Assembly (NCBI GenBank): GCA_963705105.1
Contig: CAVPIW010000012.1
Span: 288,001 to 352,000 of the forward strand
From: an uncultured Nitrospiraceae bacterium
GTDB taxonomy: Bacteria > Nitrospirota > Thermodesulfovibrionia > Thermodesulfovibrionales > Dissulfurispiraceae
Direction: 5' to 3'
DNA: 64,000 bases
A program made the translations under genes and the position numbers. Positions 48,851 through 59,624 of this stretch are shown in pieces; positions within the stretch are counted from its first letter, which is position 1, and each line of letters begins with the position of its first letter. The notes beneath the pieces are model-generated. The model did no database searches. It had not been told where the DNA came from and saw nothing but the letters and a program-made list of their open reading frames with translations.

Positions 48851-50470
48851 ATGAAAAGGGGAATAATCTGGAGAGCACTCCTCATCGTCTTTACGGTTCT
48901 CTTGTCCGCCGTTTTTTTCCTCCCGAACCTGGGAATCTTCGGGAGTATGCCCGATTGGTGGAAAAAGACCATGCCGAACAAGGGGATCGTTCTGGGGCTC
49001 GACCTTCAGGGAGGGCTTCATCTCGTCTTCGAGGTCGAGGGAGACAAGGCCGTCGAGATCGCGACGGAACGGGCCGTGACGGTGTTAGGGGGGGTGTTTG
49101 AGCGGAAGAAGATGCAGGCCCAGGCGAAACGGCAGGGACTGGATATCGTCATCACACCTTCGACGCCCGAGGTAAGGAAGGTGATCGAGGAGACGTACCC
49201 TCAACTGACCCTTGCCGAATCGAGCCCCCTCACGTACCGCATGTCAGCGGCGGAGCAGCAGAGGATAAAGGATACGGCGACCGATCAGGTCGTCGAGATC
49301 ATCCGCAACAGGATCGACCAGTTCGGCGTCGCCGAGCCGACCATCCACCGTCAGTCGCAGAATGAGATCGTCGTCCAGTTGCCGGGCGTGAAGGACCCGA
49401 AACGGGCTGTGGATGTAATCGGCAAGACGGCGCTCCTCGAGTTCAAGATCGTCGATGATGTATCGCCCGTCGCAGCCGAGCTGCCGCCGACCGTTCTGCC
49501 CGGAGAGGAGGATGCCGTGCTCGGGAAGCTGAAAGGCCGGATCGCGGAAGACACGGAGGTCCTCTTCCAGAGGGATGTCAACAAGGAAACGGGTGTGGTG
49601 ACGAAACGGCCCATCCTGCTGAAGAAGCAGACCCTTCTCACCGGTGAAGCCCTCACGGAGGCGAAAGTCGCCATCGACCAGCGGTATAACGAATACTACG
49701 TATCGATTACGTTCAACGCCACGGGGGCAAAGATCTTCGAGGACATCACCGCCGAGAACGTGAAGAAGAGACTCGCCATCATCCTCGACGGGAACGTCTA
49801 CTCGGCTCCCGTCATCCAGGAGAGGATCGCCGGCGGAAATGCCCAGATTACGGGCAATTTCACGATGGACGACTCAAAGGACCTCGCCATCGTCCTCAGG
49901 GCGGGCGCCCTGCCGGCGCCTGTCAAGACCCTGCAGAACGTGACGGTCGGTCCGTCCCTCGGACGGGACTCCATCGAGGCTGGTACAATGGCAGGGATGA
50001 TCGGGACTATCCTTGTCGTCATCTTCATGATCATCTATTACAGGTTGTCAGGTGTGATCGCCGATTTCGCCCTCATGCTGAACATCCTCCTCCTCATCGG
50101 GGCGATGGCCGCCCTCAACGCGACGCTCACCATGCCGGGCATCGCGGGCATCATCCTCGCAATCGGCATGGCCGTCGATTCGAACGTCCTCATGTTCGAA
50201 CGGATGAGGGAAGAGCTGAGGACGGGAAAAACGCCTGTTGCGGCTGTCGAGGGGGGATACAAGAAGGCCTTCTGGACGATTTTCGATTCCCATGTCACGA
50301 CCCTCCTGACGGCCCTCGTCCTGTTCCAGTTCGGCACGGGCCCCATTAAGGGATTCGCCGTCACGCTGAGCCTGGGCGTGGCGATCAACCTTTTTACAGC
50401 CCTCATCGGGACAAAGACCGTTTTTGACATTATCCACTCAGGAAAGGAAGTCAAGAGTCTGAGCATATGA
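48851..50470 (+). CDS. secD: Protein translocase SecD
   Basis: [26 protein letters not shown]. Confidence 0.97.
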   Translation: MKRGIIWRALLIVFTVLLSAVFFLPNLGIFGSMPDWWKKTMPNKGIVLGLDLQGGLHLVFEVEGDKAVEIATERAVTVLGGVFERKKMQAQAKRQGLDIVITPSTPEVRKVIEETYPQLTLAESSPLTYRMSAAEQQRIKDTATDQVVEIIRNRIDQFGVAEPTIHRQSQNEIVVQLPGVKDPKRAVDVIGKTALLEFKIVDDVSPVAAELPPTVLPGEEDAVLGKLKGRIAEDTEVLFQRDVNKETGVVTKRPILLKKQTLLTGEALTEAKVAIDQRYNEYYVSITFNATGAKIFEDITAENVKKRLAIILDGNVYSAPVIQERIAGGNAQITGNFTMDDSKDLAIVLRAGALPAPVKTLQNVTVGPSLGRDSIEAGTMAGMIGTILVVIFMIIYYRLSGVIADFALMLNILLLIGAMAALNATLTMPGIAGIILAIGMAVDSNVLMFERMREELRTGKTPVAAVEGGYKKAFWTIFDSHVTTLLTALVLFQFGTGPIKGFAVTLSLGVAINLFTALIGTKTVFDIIHSGKEVKSLSI

Positions 50471-51396
50471 TAGAACTGATAAAGAATACAAAAATCGACT
50501 TCATGGGGAAGAGGGTCTACGCCTTCATCGTCTCGGGGCTGTTGTCCCTTCTCGGTATTTTTGCCATGGTGCAGATCGGGCTCGGTAATGCCAATCTCGG
50601 AGTCGACTTCGCCGGGGGAACGGCGGTCCAGATCAAGTTCGAAAAGTCGCCGGTGCTTCATGACATCCGCCTGGCCCTCGAGGAAGGGGGGCTCAGGGAC
50701 TTCGACCTTCAGGACCTCCCGACGGAGAACAAAGTCCTCATCAGGGTCAAGAAGCATGAGGACAAACTGGGCGGTTTTTCCGAGCGGATCACGGCGATTC
50801 TGCAGCAGAAATTCGGTGACAGGAAGCCTGTTGTCGATTCGACGACGGAGATCGGGCCGAAGGTGGGATCGAAGCTCAGGCAGGACGCCCTCTGGGCGAT
50901 CCTCATCGGGACGGGCGGCATCCTCGTCTATATAGCCTTCCGGTTTCAGATCAGGTTCGGCATCGGCGCGACGGTGGCCACCTTTCATGATGTCCTTGCC
51001 GTCCTCGGCATCTTCTATCTGCTCAACAAGGAGATCAACCTGATCCTCCTGAGCGCCCTCCTGACGATCGCCGGTTACTCCCTCACCGACACGGTTGTCG
51101 TCTTCGACCGGATCAGGGAGAACCTCAAGAAGAACCTGAAGGACCCCGTCGATGCCGTCATCAACAGGAGCATCAACGAGGTCCTCTCGAGGACCATCGT
51201 CACGAGCCTCACCGTCTTTCTCGCCGATATCGCGCTCTACTTCTTCGGCGGCGAGGTCATCCATGATTTCGCACTCGCCATACTCATCGGTCTCTTCATC
51301 GGCACCTATTCGTCAATTTTTGTGGCAAGCCCCGTCGTCGTGCTCCTCGGCAAGAGCGGGCAGCCGTCGGCGATCATCACGAAGAAGCGATCCTGA
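50467..51396 (+). CDS. secF: Protein translocase SecF
   Basis: [29 protein letters not shown]. Confidence 0.97.
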   Translation: MIELIKNTKIDFMGKRVYAFIVSGLLSLLGIFAMVQIGLGNANLGVDFAGGTAVQIKFEKSPVLHDIRLALEEGGLRDFDLQDLPTENKVLIRVKKHEDKLGGFSERITAILQQKFGDRKPVVDSTTEIGPKVGSKLRQDALWAILIGTGGILVYIAFRFQIRFGIGATVATFHDVLAVLGIFYLLNKEINLILLSALLTIAGYSLTDTVVVFDRIRENLKKNLKDPVDAVINRSINEVLSRTIVTSLTVFLADIALYFFGGEVIHDFALAILIGLFIGTYSSIFVASPVVVLLGKSGQPSAIITKKRS

Positions 51397-51461
51397 GTCC
51401 CTGTCATGGAGCGCCCGGGATCCGGAGATATGCCGTGTCATAGGGTTGTGCCGGACTGACC

Positions 51462-53198
51462 GTGATGAACGGAGCGGCCTGCCGATGGGTTGTCAACAGG
51501 ACCAATCCTGAATTCATTTCCTATTTTTCGCGGATCGCCGACCTGTCGCCGGTCCTTGCCCAGATCCTCGTGAACCGGGGGATCAATACGCCGGCGCTTC
51601 TCGCTCCCTTCCTCAGACCCGGTCTGGCACAGTTGTCCGATTCCTTCGACCTCCCGGGTCTGAACATCGCCCTCGGCAGGATCGCCGAGGCGAAACAGCG
51701 GGGTGAGCGGGTCCTCGTTCACGGCGATTACGACGCGGACGGCGTGACGGCGACGGCGATTATGGTCGAGGGGCTGCGCTCCTACGGCCTGGACGTCCAT
51801 TTTTTCATCCCCAACAGGATGCTTCACGGCTACGGCTTCAACCATGACGGTGTCAGGAGGGCGAGAGAGCTCGGCGCCTCCCTCATCGTAACCGTCGACT
51901 GCGGGATCACGTCCTTCGACGCGGTCTGTGACGCCGGCAATCACGGGATCGATGTGATCATCACCGATCACCACGAGCCCGCTGCCCCCGGGGAGCATGC
52001 CGGTGCAGACGGACAGCCCTTTGTTATCCCCCCGGCCTTGTCCGTCGTGAACCCGAGGCTCCTGGCCGGAGAGTCCCCTTTGCGGCTCCTCTCCGGAGCG
52101 GGCGTCGCCTTCCACCTCATCTACGCCCTGTTCAAAGGGGAGACGGATCGGATCTTCCACCTCCTCGACCTCGCCGCCCTCGGGACGATGGCCGATGTGG
52201 TCCCCGTTATCGCCGACAACAGGGTGCTCGTCCATGAAGGCATGAAGCTCATCGGGGAGGGCCGGCGGGCCGGGCTGAGGGCGCTCAAGGACGTCGCGGG
52301 ATTGAGGCGCGACAGGATGCGGTCGTCCGATCTCGCCTATGTGCTGGTGCCGAGGCTCAACGCGGCGGGACGGATGGACGACGCGACGGCCGTGGTGGAG
52401 CTGCTCCTCTCGGTGTCGGAGGAGAAGGCGGCGGAACTGGCTGCATGGCTCAATGCATTGAATGTAAGAAGGCAGGAGGTGGAGGAGAAGGTCTACAGGG
52501 AGGCGCAGGAGATGATGGAGCGGCTTGATGACCGCGCCGGTGCCATCGTGCTCGCTTCCGAAGGGTGGCACCAGGGAGTCGTGGGCATCGTGGCATCGAG
52601 GATCGCCGAGGAGTTTTACCGTCCGACCTTCATCCTCTCCGTTGACAACGGGGTGGCGAGGGGGTCCGGCCGGAGCATCCCGCCCTTTGATCTTCATGAC
52701 GCCTTGATCGCATGCAGGCATGTCCTCGCAAAATTCGGCGGACACCGCCAGGCGGCCGGCGTCAGCCTCGATCCCTGCCGGGTCGAGGAGTTCAGGCAGA
52801 TGCTTTCGGGGATCCTGGCCGAAAGGGTCGGACAGGACGATCTGTCGCCTGTTCTCCGTCTCGACTCGGTCGTGAAGATTTCCGATATCAGCCGAAACTT
52901 CATCCGGGAAATTTCTATGCTCGAACCCTTCGGCCACGGCAATGAAGAGCCCCTTTTCGGCGCACGGGGGCTCGATGTGCTGAACTGCCGGGTCGTGGGA
53001 AACAGGCATCTCAAGATGTACCTCAAACAGGACGGCTGGTCCATCGACGGCATCGCCTTCAACATGGGTGACCGCGCAGGGGACCTTGGGGGACGGGCTT
53101 GCATCGATGCGGCCTTCTGCCCGGCAATCCATACGTGGGATGGAACGGAATATCTCCAGCTCCAGGTGAAGGCGATCCGGCCTTCGGCGGAGAGGTGA
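51462..53198 (+). CDS. recJ: ssDNA exonuclease RecJ
   Basis: GDYDADG, TVDCG, TDHH, PRLNAAGR, GGH..AAG. Confidence 0.95.
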   Translation: MMNGAACRWVVNRTNPEFISYFSRIADLSPVLAQILVNRGINTPALLAPFLRPGLAQLSDSFDLPGLNIALGRIAEAKQRGERVLVHGDYDADGVTATAIMVEGLRSYGLDVHFFIPNRMLHGYGFNHDGVRRARELGASLIVTVDCGITSFDAVCDAGNHGIDVIITDHHEPAAPGEHAGADGQPFVIPPALSVVNPRLLAGESPLRLLSGAGVAFHLIYALFKGETDRIFHLLDLAALGTMADVVPVIADNRVLVHEGMKLIGEGRRAGLRALKDVAGLRRDRMRSSDLAYVLVPRLNAAGRMDDATAVVELLLSVSEEKAAELAAWLNALNVRRQEVEEKVYREAQEMMERLDDRAGAIVLASEGWHQGVVGIVASRIAEEFYRPTFILSVDNGVARGSGRSIPPFDLHDALIACRHVLAKFGGHRQAAGVSLDPCRVEEFRQMLSGILAERVGQDDLSPVLRLDSVVKISDISRNFIREISMLEPFGHGNEEPLFGARGLDVLNCRVVGNRHLKMYLKQDGWSIDGIAFNMGDRAGDLGGRACIDAAFCPAIHTWDGTEYLQLQVKAIRPSAER

Positions 53199-53232
53199 GG
53201 AATTTGGATACAGAAATAGGGAGGCTTGCAGC

Positions 53233-54030
53233 ATGAAAATAACGATCCAGGACTTTCTTCGCAAAAAACAGGAGCAGCAGAAGATCACCATGCTCACCGC
53301 CTATGATTACCCCTTCGCGCGGATCCTCGACGAGGCGGGCATCGATGCGATCCTCGTCGGAGACTCCCTCGGCATGGTCGTACAGGGGCTGGAAAACACC
53401 CTGCCGGTGACGATGGATGAGATGATCTACCACACAAAGATGGTAATCCGGGCGACTCAGCGGGCCATGGTGATCGGCGATATGCCCTACCTGTCCTACC
53501 AAACGGGTGTCGGCGACGCTGTGAGAAACGGGGGCAGGTTTCTGAAGGAAGCAGGCGCCCAGGCGATAAAAATGGAAGGGGGACGGGAGGTGGCAGACCA
53601 GGTGTCGGCACTCACGAAATCTGAGGTGCCCGTCATGGCCCACATCGGTCTCACCCCGCAGGCGATCCACAGGATGGGAGGCTACAAGGTCCAGGGAAGG
53701 ACCGGGGAGGCGGCCGAAAAACTTTACGAGGACGCCCTGATCCTCCAGGATGCAGGAGCCTTCGCTCTCCTCCTCGAGGCGATCCCCGCCGACCTCGCCC
53801 GGCGGATCACGGAGGAGCTGACGATCCCGACGATCGGCATCGGCGCCGGTCCCCAGTGCGACGGCCAGGTGCTCGTCCTCCACGACGTCATTGGTCTCTT
53901 CGAGAGGTTCGTGCCGAAATTCATCAAGCAGTACGCGAACCTTAAGGTCGAGGCCGTCAGGGCCGTCAGACAATACAAAGAGGAGGTCGAGCAGGGGCTC
54001 TTCCCGACGAAGGAACAGTCTTTCTCGTGA
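53233..54030 (+). CDS. panB: Ketopantoate hydroxymethyltransferase
   Basis: MLTAYD, LVGDSLG, HIGLTPQ, IGIGAG..CDGQVLV. Confidence 0.97.
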   Translation: MKITIQDFLRKKQEQQKITMLTAYDYPFARILDEAGIDAILVGDSLGMVVQGLENTLPVTMDEMIYHTKMVIRATQRAMVIGDMPYLSYQTGVGDAVRNGGRFLKEAGAQAIKMEGGREVADQVSALTKSEVPVMAHIGLTPQAIHRMGGYKVQGRTGEAAEKLYEDALILQDAGAFALLLEAIPADLARRITEELTIPTIGIGAGPQCDGQVLVLHDVIGLFERFVPKFIKQYANLKVEAVRAVRQYKEEVEQGLFPTKEQSFS

Positions 54031-54036
54031 GCACCG

Positions 54037-54648
54037 TCAGGCAGGGTCTGACCTTTTGGCGGATGCGCTTTTCCTGATCTTTTCGACGTCGCCCCAGACC
54101 TGCCTGATGAATGATTCACGGCCCGAGCCGATTTTGTACATCCGGTAGTGAAGGGGGCTCTTTTCGGAATACCGCTGGTGGTATTCCTCGGCGGGATAGA
54201 AAGTCGGGGCGGGCACGATTTCCGTTACGACCGGCGACGTGAACTTTCCGGACTTCGCAATCGCCTCCTTTGACGCCACGGCGAGCCGCCGCTGTTCCTC
54301 CGAATGGTAAAAGACCGCCGTGCGGTACTGGGTCCCCATATCGGCAAACTGGCGGTTCATGGCCGTCGGATCGATGTTCCTCCAGAAGACGTCGAGGAGC
54401 TCTTCGTAGCTGATCCGGCCCGGGTCATAGAGGATCTCGACGGCTTCGGCATGACCGGTCGACCCCGAACAGACTTCTTCATATGTGGGATTCAGCGTAT
54501 GCCCGCCCGTATAACCGACCCTCGTCGAGATGACGCCGGGAAGTTTTTCGTAGGGCGGCTGCATGCACCAGAAACAGCCGCCCGCGAACGTGGCCTTCTC
54601 GTAATCTTCAGGATTGTCATGGCCCATCTCAGTCCCTCTTTCCTTCAT
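54037..54648 (-). CDS. msrA: Peptide methionine sulfoxide reductase A (Cys form)
   Basis: FAGGCFWC, GHAEAV, QYRT, AEEYHQ. Confidence 0.95.
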   Translation of the reverse strand: MKERGTEMGHDNPEDYEKATFAGGCFWCMQPPYEKLPGVISTRVGYTGGHTLNPTYEEVCSGSTGHAEAVEILYDPGRISYEELLDVFWRNIDPTAMNRQFADMGTQYRTAVFYHSEEQRRLAVASKEAIAKSGKFTSPVVTEIVPAPTFYPAEEYHQRYSEKSPLHYRMYKIGSGRESFIRQVWGDVEKIRKSASAKRSDPA

Positions 54649-54680
54649 GGCCGCCCCCTCCTCACCATCTGATCTCTTTA

Positions 54681-54984
54681 CCTTAGCATTGCATGAGGAC
54701 CTCCGGCAAGGCGGGGCGAGGATGCCGAAAAGCCCTGGTGCTGCGAAACCTTTGCCTTCACATATAGATTATCCCACTAGTTGCATTGAAAGGCGGGGCG
54801 AAACGCCTCAAAGCCTTGCTGAAGGCGACGATACGCCTCGTCATCTTCGTGTTTCAGGATTTCACTCTTTGTGTCATCGACCATTAGAGTATAGTTCATC
54901 TTTCGTTTTGATACAGGTGTCGCCGCAGCAAGGTTTTCGGCGCATACGCCCCGCCTTTCCCGGGCGTGCATTGCAACGATAAGG
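54681..54984. repeat. Inverted R2 arm (copy K, 54681-54765) abutting full copy L (54774-54984)
   Basis: aaggcggggcgaggatgccgaaaagccc, then gttgcattgaaaggcggggcg...tgcaacgataagg. Confidence 0.85.
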
Positions 54985-54993
54985 TTATCAATC

Positions 54994-55157
54994 TTGACGG
55001 CCTCGTAAAAAGTCCTGTAAAGGGCTTATCCGTCATTCCCGTGCAGACGGGAATCCAGTCCTTTCAGGCAGTTATTTGCACTCTGGATACCCGCTCCCCG
55101 CTTACTATCCACGGGGACAAGCTTCGCGGGTATGACGACTTTTTACGAGATCGTCAA
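54994..55157. repeat. Small inverted-repeat element enclosing a GTCATTCC-type palindrome
   Basis: TTGACGGCCTCGTAAAAAGTC ... GACTTTTTACGAGATCGTCAA. Confidence 0.7.
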
Positions 55158-55182
55158 TCTTGGATCTCGCGAACAGGTATGC

Positions 55183-56064
55183 CTATTTCTGTCCCTCCAG
55201 GATGAGGGGGAGGCCGTTCTTCGGGTTGCCGATGATGACCACCTTGGTGTTCTGGCTCTGGGCGAGCTTTTCCGTCGCCTCGATGCCTTTCCATTCGAGG
55301 AGGCTCGTCGTGATGCCCTGTGTGACGATCTTCTGAAAGTCGGCGATGCCCTGGCCCTCGATCCTCTTGCGCTCGGCCTCCTGCCGCTCCTTGTCGAGGA
55401 CGAATTTCATCTGCTCGGCCTGCTGCTCGGCCTGGAGCTTTCTTTCGATCGCCTCGGCCACCATCTTCGGGAGTTTGACGGCCCTGAGAAGGACACGCTC
55501 GATGGCGATCCCCTTCTGGCTGGCCACAGGTTCGGCGAGACGTTGGATCTCGGCGACGATCGCCTCACGACCGGCCGTATAAAGGGCCTTTGCCTCGTAC
55601 TCTGCCGTCACGGTTCTCAGCACGCTCCTCAGGAGGGGTTGGAGGATCACCTCGTCGTATCGCTTGCCTATGGTCTTGTAGATTTCAGGCGCCCGATCGG
55701 GCATGACCCTGTACCAGACGGACACTTCGAGATGGGTGATGAGCCCCTCTTCGGACGGTGTGTCGACGTCTTCTTTTAACTCCTGCGTCTTGATTGAGAA
55801 GGGGTGGATATCGGCGAGAGGGTTTCTGACGTGGATTCCCGCAAGGAGCGGTGTCGGCGAGACCTTTCCCCAGAAATCGACGACGCCGACGGTGCCAGCC
55901 CCGATGATGACGAATATGCGAGTAGCCAGGGCGAGACAGAGACCACCGAGTATGAAGGCCGGCATGGTCTTCGAACCGACGGGTTTGCCCGCGCGCTCCC
56001 TGATGCGGGTGTACACGATGCCTGCGACGAATGACAGCAGCAGTATGGCGATCATGAGAATCAT
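55183..56064 (-). CDS. SPFH/prohibitin-family protein
   Basis: VGVVD.WG, AIERKL.AEQ, EAERKRIE, WKGIEAT. Confidence 0.9.
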   Translation of the reverse strand: MILMIAILLLSFVAGIVYTRIRERAGKPVGSKTMPAFILGGLCLALATRIFVIIGAGTVGVVDFWGKVSPTPLLAGIHVRNPLADIHPFSIKTQELKEDVDTPSEEGLITHLEVSVWYRVMPDRAPEIYKTIGKRYDEVILQPLLRSVLRTVTAEYEAKALYTAGREAIVAEIQRLAEPVASQKGIAIERVLLRAVKLPKMVAEAIERKLQAEQQAEQMKFVLDKERQEAERKRIEGQGIADFQKIVTQGITTSLLEWKGIEATEKLAQSQNTKVVIIGNPKNGLPLILEGQK

Positions 56065-56263
56065 CGAAACCTCCGGACGGTAAGAGTGATTGTCTATTCA
56101 TTGTCGGCCGTCCGGTGCAGAACTTCAACCATATAGCGTCAGTAATGATGGAAGAAAAATCTCAAGTCTGTCTCACGCAAAGCCGCAAAGAGCGCAAAGA
56201 AAGAAGGTAGACTCAATGAACTCAGTCAACTCATTAAACTTCCTCGGTTCCCTAAAATGTAAA

Positions 56264-56537
56264 CCCTGCAGTTGCATGAAAAGGCGGGGCGAAGAGCTCT
56301 GAAATACAGTGTCAGTGACAGTGTGAGTGTCAGCAAAAAGTTCACCTTTTTCAGCCGTCGGCCTGAAATAGCTTCATCGATGTCGGGCCGTTCGGGGAAC
56401 GGCCCCTACAGGATTCCACTCTTTGTGTCATCGACCATTTGCGTATAGTTTGTCTTTCGTCTTGATACAGGTGTCGCCGCAGCAAGGTTTTCGGCACATA
56501 CACCCCGCCTTTCCGGGAGTGTATTGCAACGATAAGG
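56264..56537 (+). repeat. Hairpin element copy M (L3+R1) with an embedded GTAG-type REP
   Basis: L3 arm with AGTGTC tandem; gggccgttcggggaacggcccctac at ~56385-56409; R1 arm. Confidence 0.8.
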
Positions 56538-56539
56538 CA

Positions 56540-56578
56540 AAAAAGGAGGAGTGACGGCTTTTCACTCCCCCTTTCTTT
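56540..56578 (-). terminator. Terminator after the cytochrome c gene
   Basis: AAAAAAGGGAGGAGTGA..TCACTCCCCTTT. Confidence 0.6.
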
Positions 56579-56605
56579 GGCTCATGGTGATCCCTGATGA
56601 GTGAT

Positions 56606-56998
56606 CTATTTCTTCAGGGATTTCATGTAGGCGATGAGATTCAGCATCTGCTCAGACTGAGGATCGAGGGCCTTGCCTTTTTGTGCCGTCTCGATGAAGT
56701 AATTGGTCACGTCAGCTATCGTCTTGTAGGTCTTGCCCATGGCCTTGAACTCTTTCTTGTCCGTGACGCCTGCCAGTCCCTGCCCTTGCGGGTGGCATGA
56801 CGCACAGGACTTCCCTGACGTCCCTCCCCCGAGCTTCGGGTCTTCAAAGAGGGCTTTTCCCTTGGCGACATCGCCTGCAGCCTTCGGCTCTGCGGCGGGG
56901 ACATCTTTTTTGACCTCCTGGGATGTGCACCCCATGAGGAGGAGTCCCGAGAAAACAGCCACGACGACGATCAATACGATACAACGCAGTTTCATCAC
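56606..56998 (-). CDS. Monoheme cytochrome c lipoprotein
   Basis: Lipobox LMGC, GKALF, CASCH, LIAYMKSL. Confidence 0.88.
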   Translation of the reverse strand: MMKLRCIVLIVVVAVFSGLLLMGCTSQEVKKDVPAAEPKAAGDVAKGKALFEDPKLGGGTSGKSCASCHPQGQGLAGVTDKKEFKAMGKTYKTIADVTNYFIETAQKGKALDPQSEQMLNLIAYMKSLKK

Positions 56999-57261
56999 CG
57001 TTACCTCCTTTCAAGGAAAGATTCTGACCATGAGACGGTGGGTGCCCGCGCACGGTATCCACAATCACATATGTCTTCCTGCAATTCTAATAGAATTTCA
57101 CCCCTTATGCAATACCCCCCTCATACTGAAAAGCATTTGTCCACATTTTCCCGGAAATCGTATACAATTGAAGAAAACCACCCCTGTCCTCGTGACACAT
57201 TATTTTGGGCACCAATGGACGGAAACGAAAACAACCGCGCATGCTTTGAAAGGAGGCCGTC

Positions 57262-58048
57262 ATGAGATACGCACTTGCACTGTTTCTTTTCTTCGTCTTT
57301 GCCGTGAATGCCGATGCGAAGCTGAGGACCGAAGTCATCGAGTACAAACACGGCGACATCGTTCTGGAGGGGTACCTCGCCTACGATGACGCCATAAAGG
57401 TCAAGCGACCCGGTGTCCTCGTCGTCCACGAGTGGTGGGGCCTGAACACATACGTCAAGAAGAGGACGGAGCAATTGGCGAAGCTGGGCTACGTCGCCTT
57501 TGCGGCGGACATCTACGGCAAGGGGGTCAGGACGACCCACCCCGAGGAGGCGGCGTCATTTTCCGCCAAGTACCGGGAGGACCGGAAGCTCCTCCGGTCC
57601 CGCGCCCTTGCGGGGCTCGATGTGCTCAGGAACCGGGCGATGACGGACCCGAGGCGGATCGCCGCAATCGGCTATTGTTTCGGCGGCACGACGGTCCTGG
57701 AGCTTGCACTGAGCGGCGCCGACATCGCCGGTGTCGCAAGCTTCCACGGCGGCCTCGGAGGTTTCGACTTCGGAGGCGCCAGGAGCAGTCAAGGCAAAGG
57801 TCCTCGTGCTTCACGGCGCGGATGATCCTTTCATACCGGCCGAGCAGATCGCCACATTCCAGGAGGGGATGAGAAAGACAGGCGCGGACTGGCAGATGGT
57901 GTATTACGGGGGGACCGTTCACAGCTTTACGAACCCCGACGTGGACAGCGCCGGGCTCAAGGGAGCGGCCTACAACGAGCGGTCCGACAGGCGTTCCTGG
58001 GAGGCGATGAAGGTCTTCTTCGCCGAGATCTTCGGCAAGAAAAAATAG
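57262..58048 (+). CDS. Dienelactone hydrolase family protein (frameshift ~57755-57790)
   Basis: HEWWG, GYCFGG, FHG in one frame; LHGADDP, HSFT in the next. Confidence 0.85.
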
Positions 58049-58061
58049 GCGGGAGCGGGCC

Positions 58062-59624
58062 GTGAAAGTCGCGACGTCCGACCAGATGCGGGAGATCGAC
58101 AGGGTCACGATCGAGGAGTACGGCATCCCCGGTCTCGTCCTCATGGAACGGGCCGGCCTCGCCGTGGCGCGCCGTATCACGGAACTCCGGCAGGGCGGCA
58201 AGGTCCTCGTCCTCTGCGGCGGGGGCAACAACGGTGGTGACGGGATCGTCGTCGCGAGAATCCTCCACAACGGGGGCTATCACGTCAAGGTGCTCCTCTT
58301 CGCCGCCGAAGAGGTGCTGAGCGCCGACTGTCGGCATCAGTACGATATCGCCCGGAGGATGGACATCCCCGTCGAGTTCCGCGCGTCTCTCCACAGCTCC
58401 GACGTTCACGGGGCGCTCGTGGTGGACGCCCTGTTCGGCACGGGACTCAGCAGGCCCGTAACGGGTCAGCTCGCGGGCGTGCTGTCGTTCCTGAACGATC
58501 ACGATGCGACCGTCGTCGCCGTTGACATGCCTTCGGGCATCTCGTCCGATACGGGCGAGGTCCTCGGGGAAGCGGTCATGGCCGATGTGACGGTTACGTT
58601 CGGCCTGCCGAAGAGGGGCCACCTGCTCTACCCCGGAGCGGAATACACGGGCAAGCTCTTCGTCGAGGACATCGGGTTCCCCCGGGAGCTTCTCGAAAGC
58701 GACTCCCTCGGGGTCGAGACGTTCACGCCGGCATCCTTCGGAGTCATACCGGTCCGCAGGAAGAATGCGTACAAGGGAGATTACGGTCACGTCTTCGTCA
58801 TCGCGGGGTCCCGGGGCAAGACGGGCGCCGCCGTCATGACGGCGAAATCCTGCCTCCGGTCCGGCGCAGGCCTTGTGACCGTCGGTGTTCCGTCATCGCT
58901 CATCGATGCCTTTCAGGCCCGGGTGACGGAGGAGATGACTCTGCCCTTGCCCGATGACGGCACAGGGATGCTCTCGCCGGAGGCGCTTGATGTGATCCTG
59001 GATTTCATCACCAGGAAAATCGATGTCATCGCCATCGGTCCCGGCATCGGCGTCTCCGAAGCCACGAGAGAGATCATCACCGGACTCGTTCTGCGGTCAC
59101 CGGTCCCTCTCGTCATCGATGCGGACGGCCTCAATTCATTGCAGGGCAGGGTGCAGGACCTGGCGGACGCGAAATCCCCTCTCGTCCTCACCCCCCATCC
59201 CGGTGAGATGAGACGGCTTCTGGGGCAGGAGGACCTGAAAGTCACAGACATAGAGCGGGACAGGATCGGCATTTCCCTGCAGTTTGCAGCAGAAACGGGA
59301 ACGCATCTCGTGCTCAAAGGTGTGCCGACTGTCACGGCGACGCCGGAGGGCCGTGCCTTCCTCAACACGTCGGGCAATCCGGGAATGGCGTCGGCAGGAT
59401 CGGGCGATGTGCTGACGGGGGTCATCGCGTCTCTTCTCGGGCAGGGTTTTTCGCCCGAGCAGTCGGCGATCCTCGGTGTCTATCTCCACGGGCTTGCAGG
59501 GGATTTTGCCGCCGCCGACAAAGGGGAGGCCTCCCTCATCGCATCGGACATCATCGATCATCTGCCCCCGGCGATCAGGTCGGTCGTGGACGGGACAGCG
59601 GGAATGCCGTGGAAGACGAACTGA
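58062..59624 (+). CDS. nnr: Bifunctional NAD(P)HX epimerase/dehydratase
   Basis: LMERAG, GNNGGDG, DALFGTG, IDADG, TPHPGE, GSGDVL. Confidence 0.95.
   Translation: MKVATSDQMREIDRVTIEEYGIPGLVLMERAGLAVARRITELRQGGKVLVLCGGGNNGGDGIVVARILHNGGYHVKVLLFAAEEVLSADCRHQYDIARRMDIPVEFRASLHSSDVHGALVVDALFGTGLSRPVTGQLAGVLSFLNDHDATVVAVDMPSGISSDTGEVLGEAVMADVTVTFGLPKRGHLLYPGAEYTGKLFVEDIGFPRELLESDSLGVETFTPASFGVIPVRRKNAYKGDYGHVFVIAGSRGKTGAAVMTAKSCLRSGAGLVTVGVPSSLIDAFQARVTEEMTLPLPDDGTGMLSPEALDVILDFITRKIDVIAIGPGIGVSEATREIITGLVLRSPVPLVIDADGLNSLQGRVQDLADAKSPLVLTPHPGEMRRLLGQEDLKVTDIERDRIGISLQFAAETGTHLVLKGVPTVTATPEGRAFLNTSGNPGMASAGSGDVLTGVIASLLGQGFSPEQSAILGVYLHGLAGDFAAADKGEASLIASDIIDHLPPAIRSVVDGTAGMPWKTN

Noticed and set aside
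54037..54648. MsrA as a fourth selenoprotein
   Set aside because: The catalytic GCFWC is encoded by Cys codons
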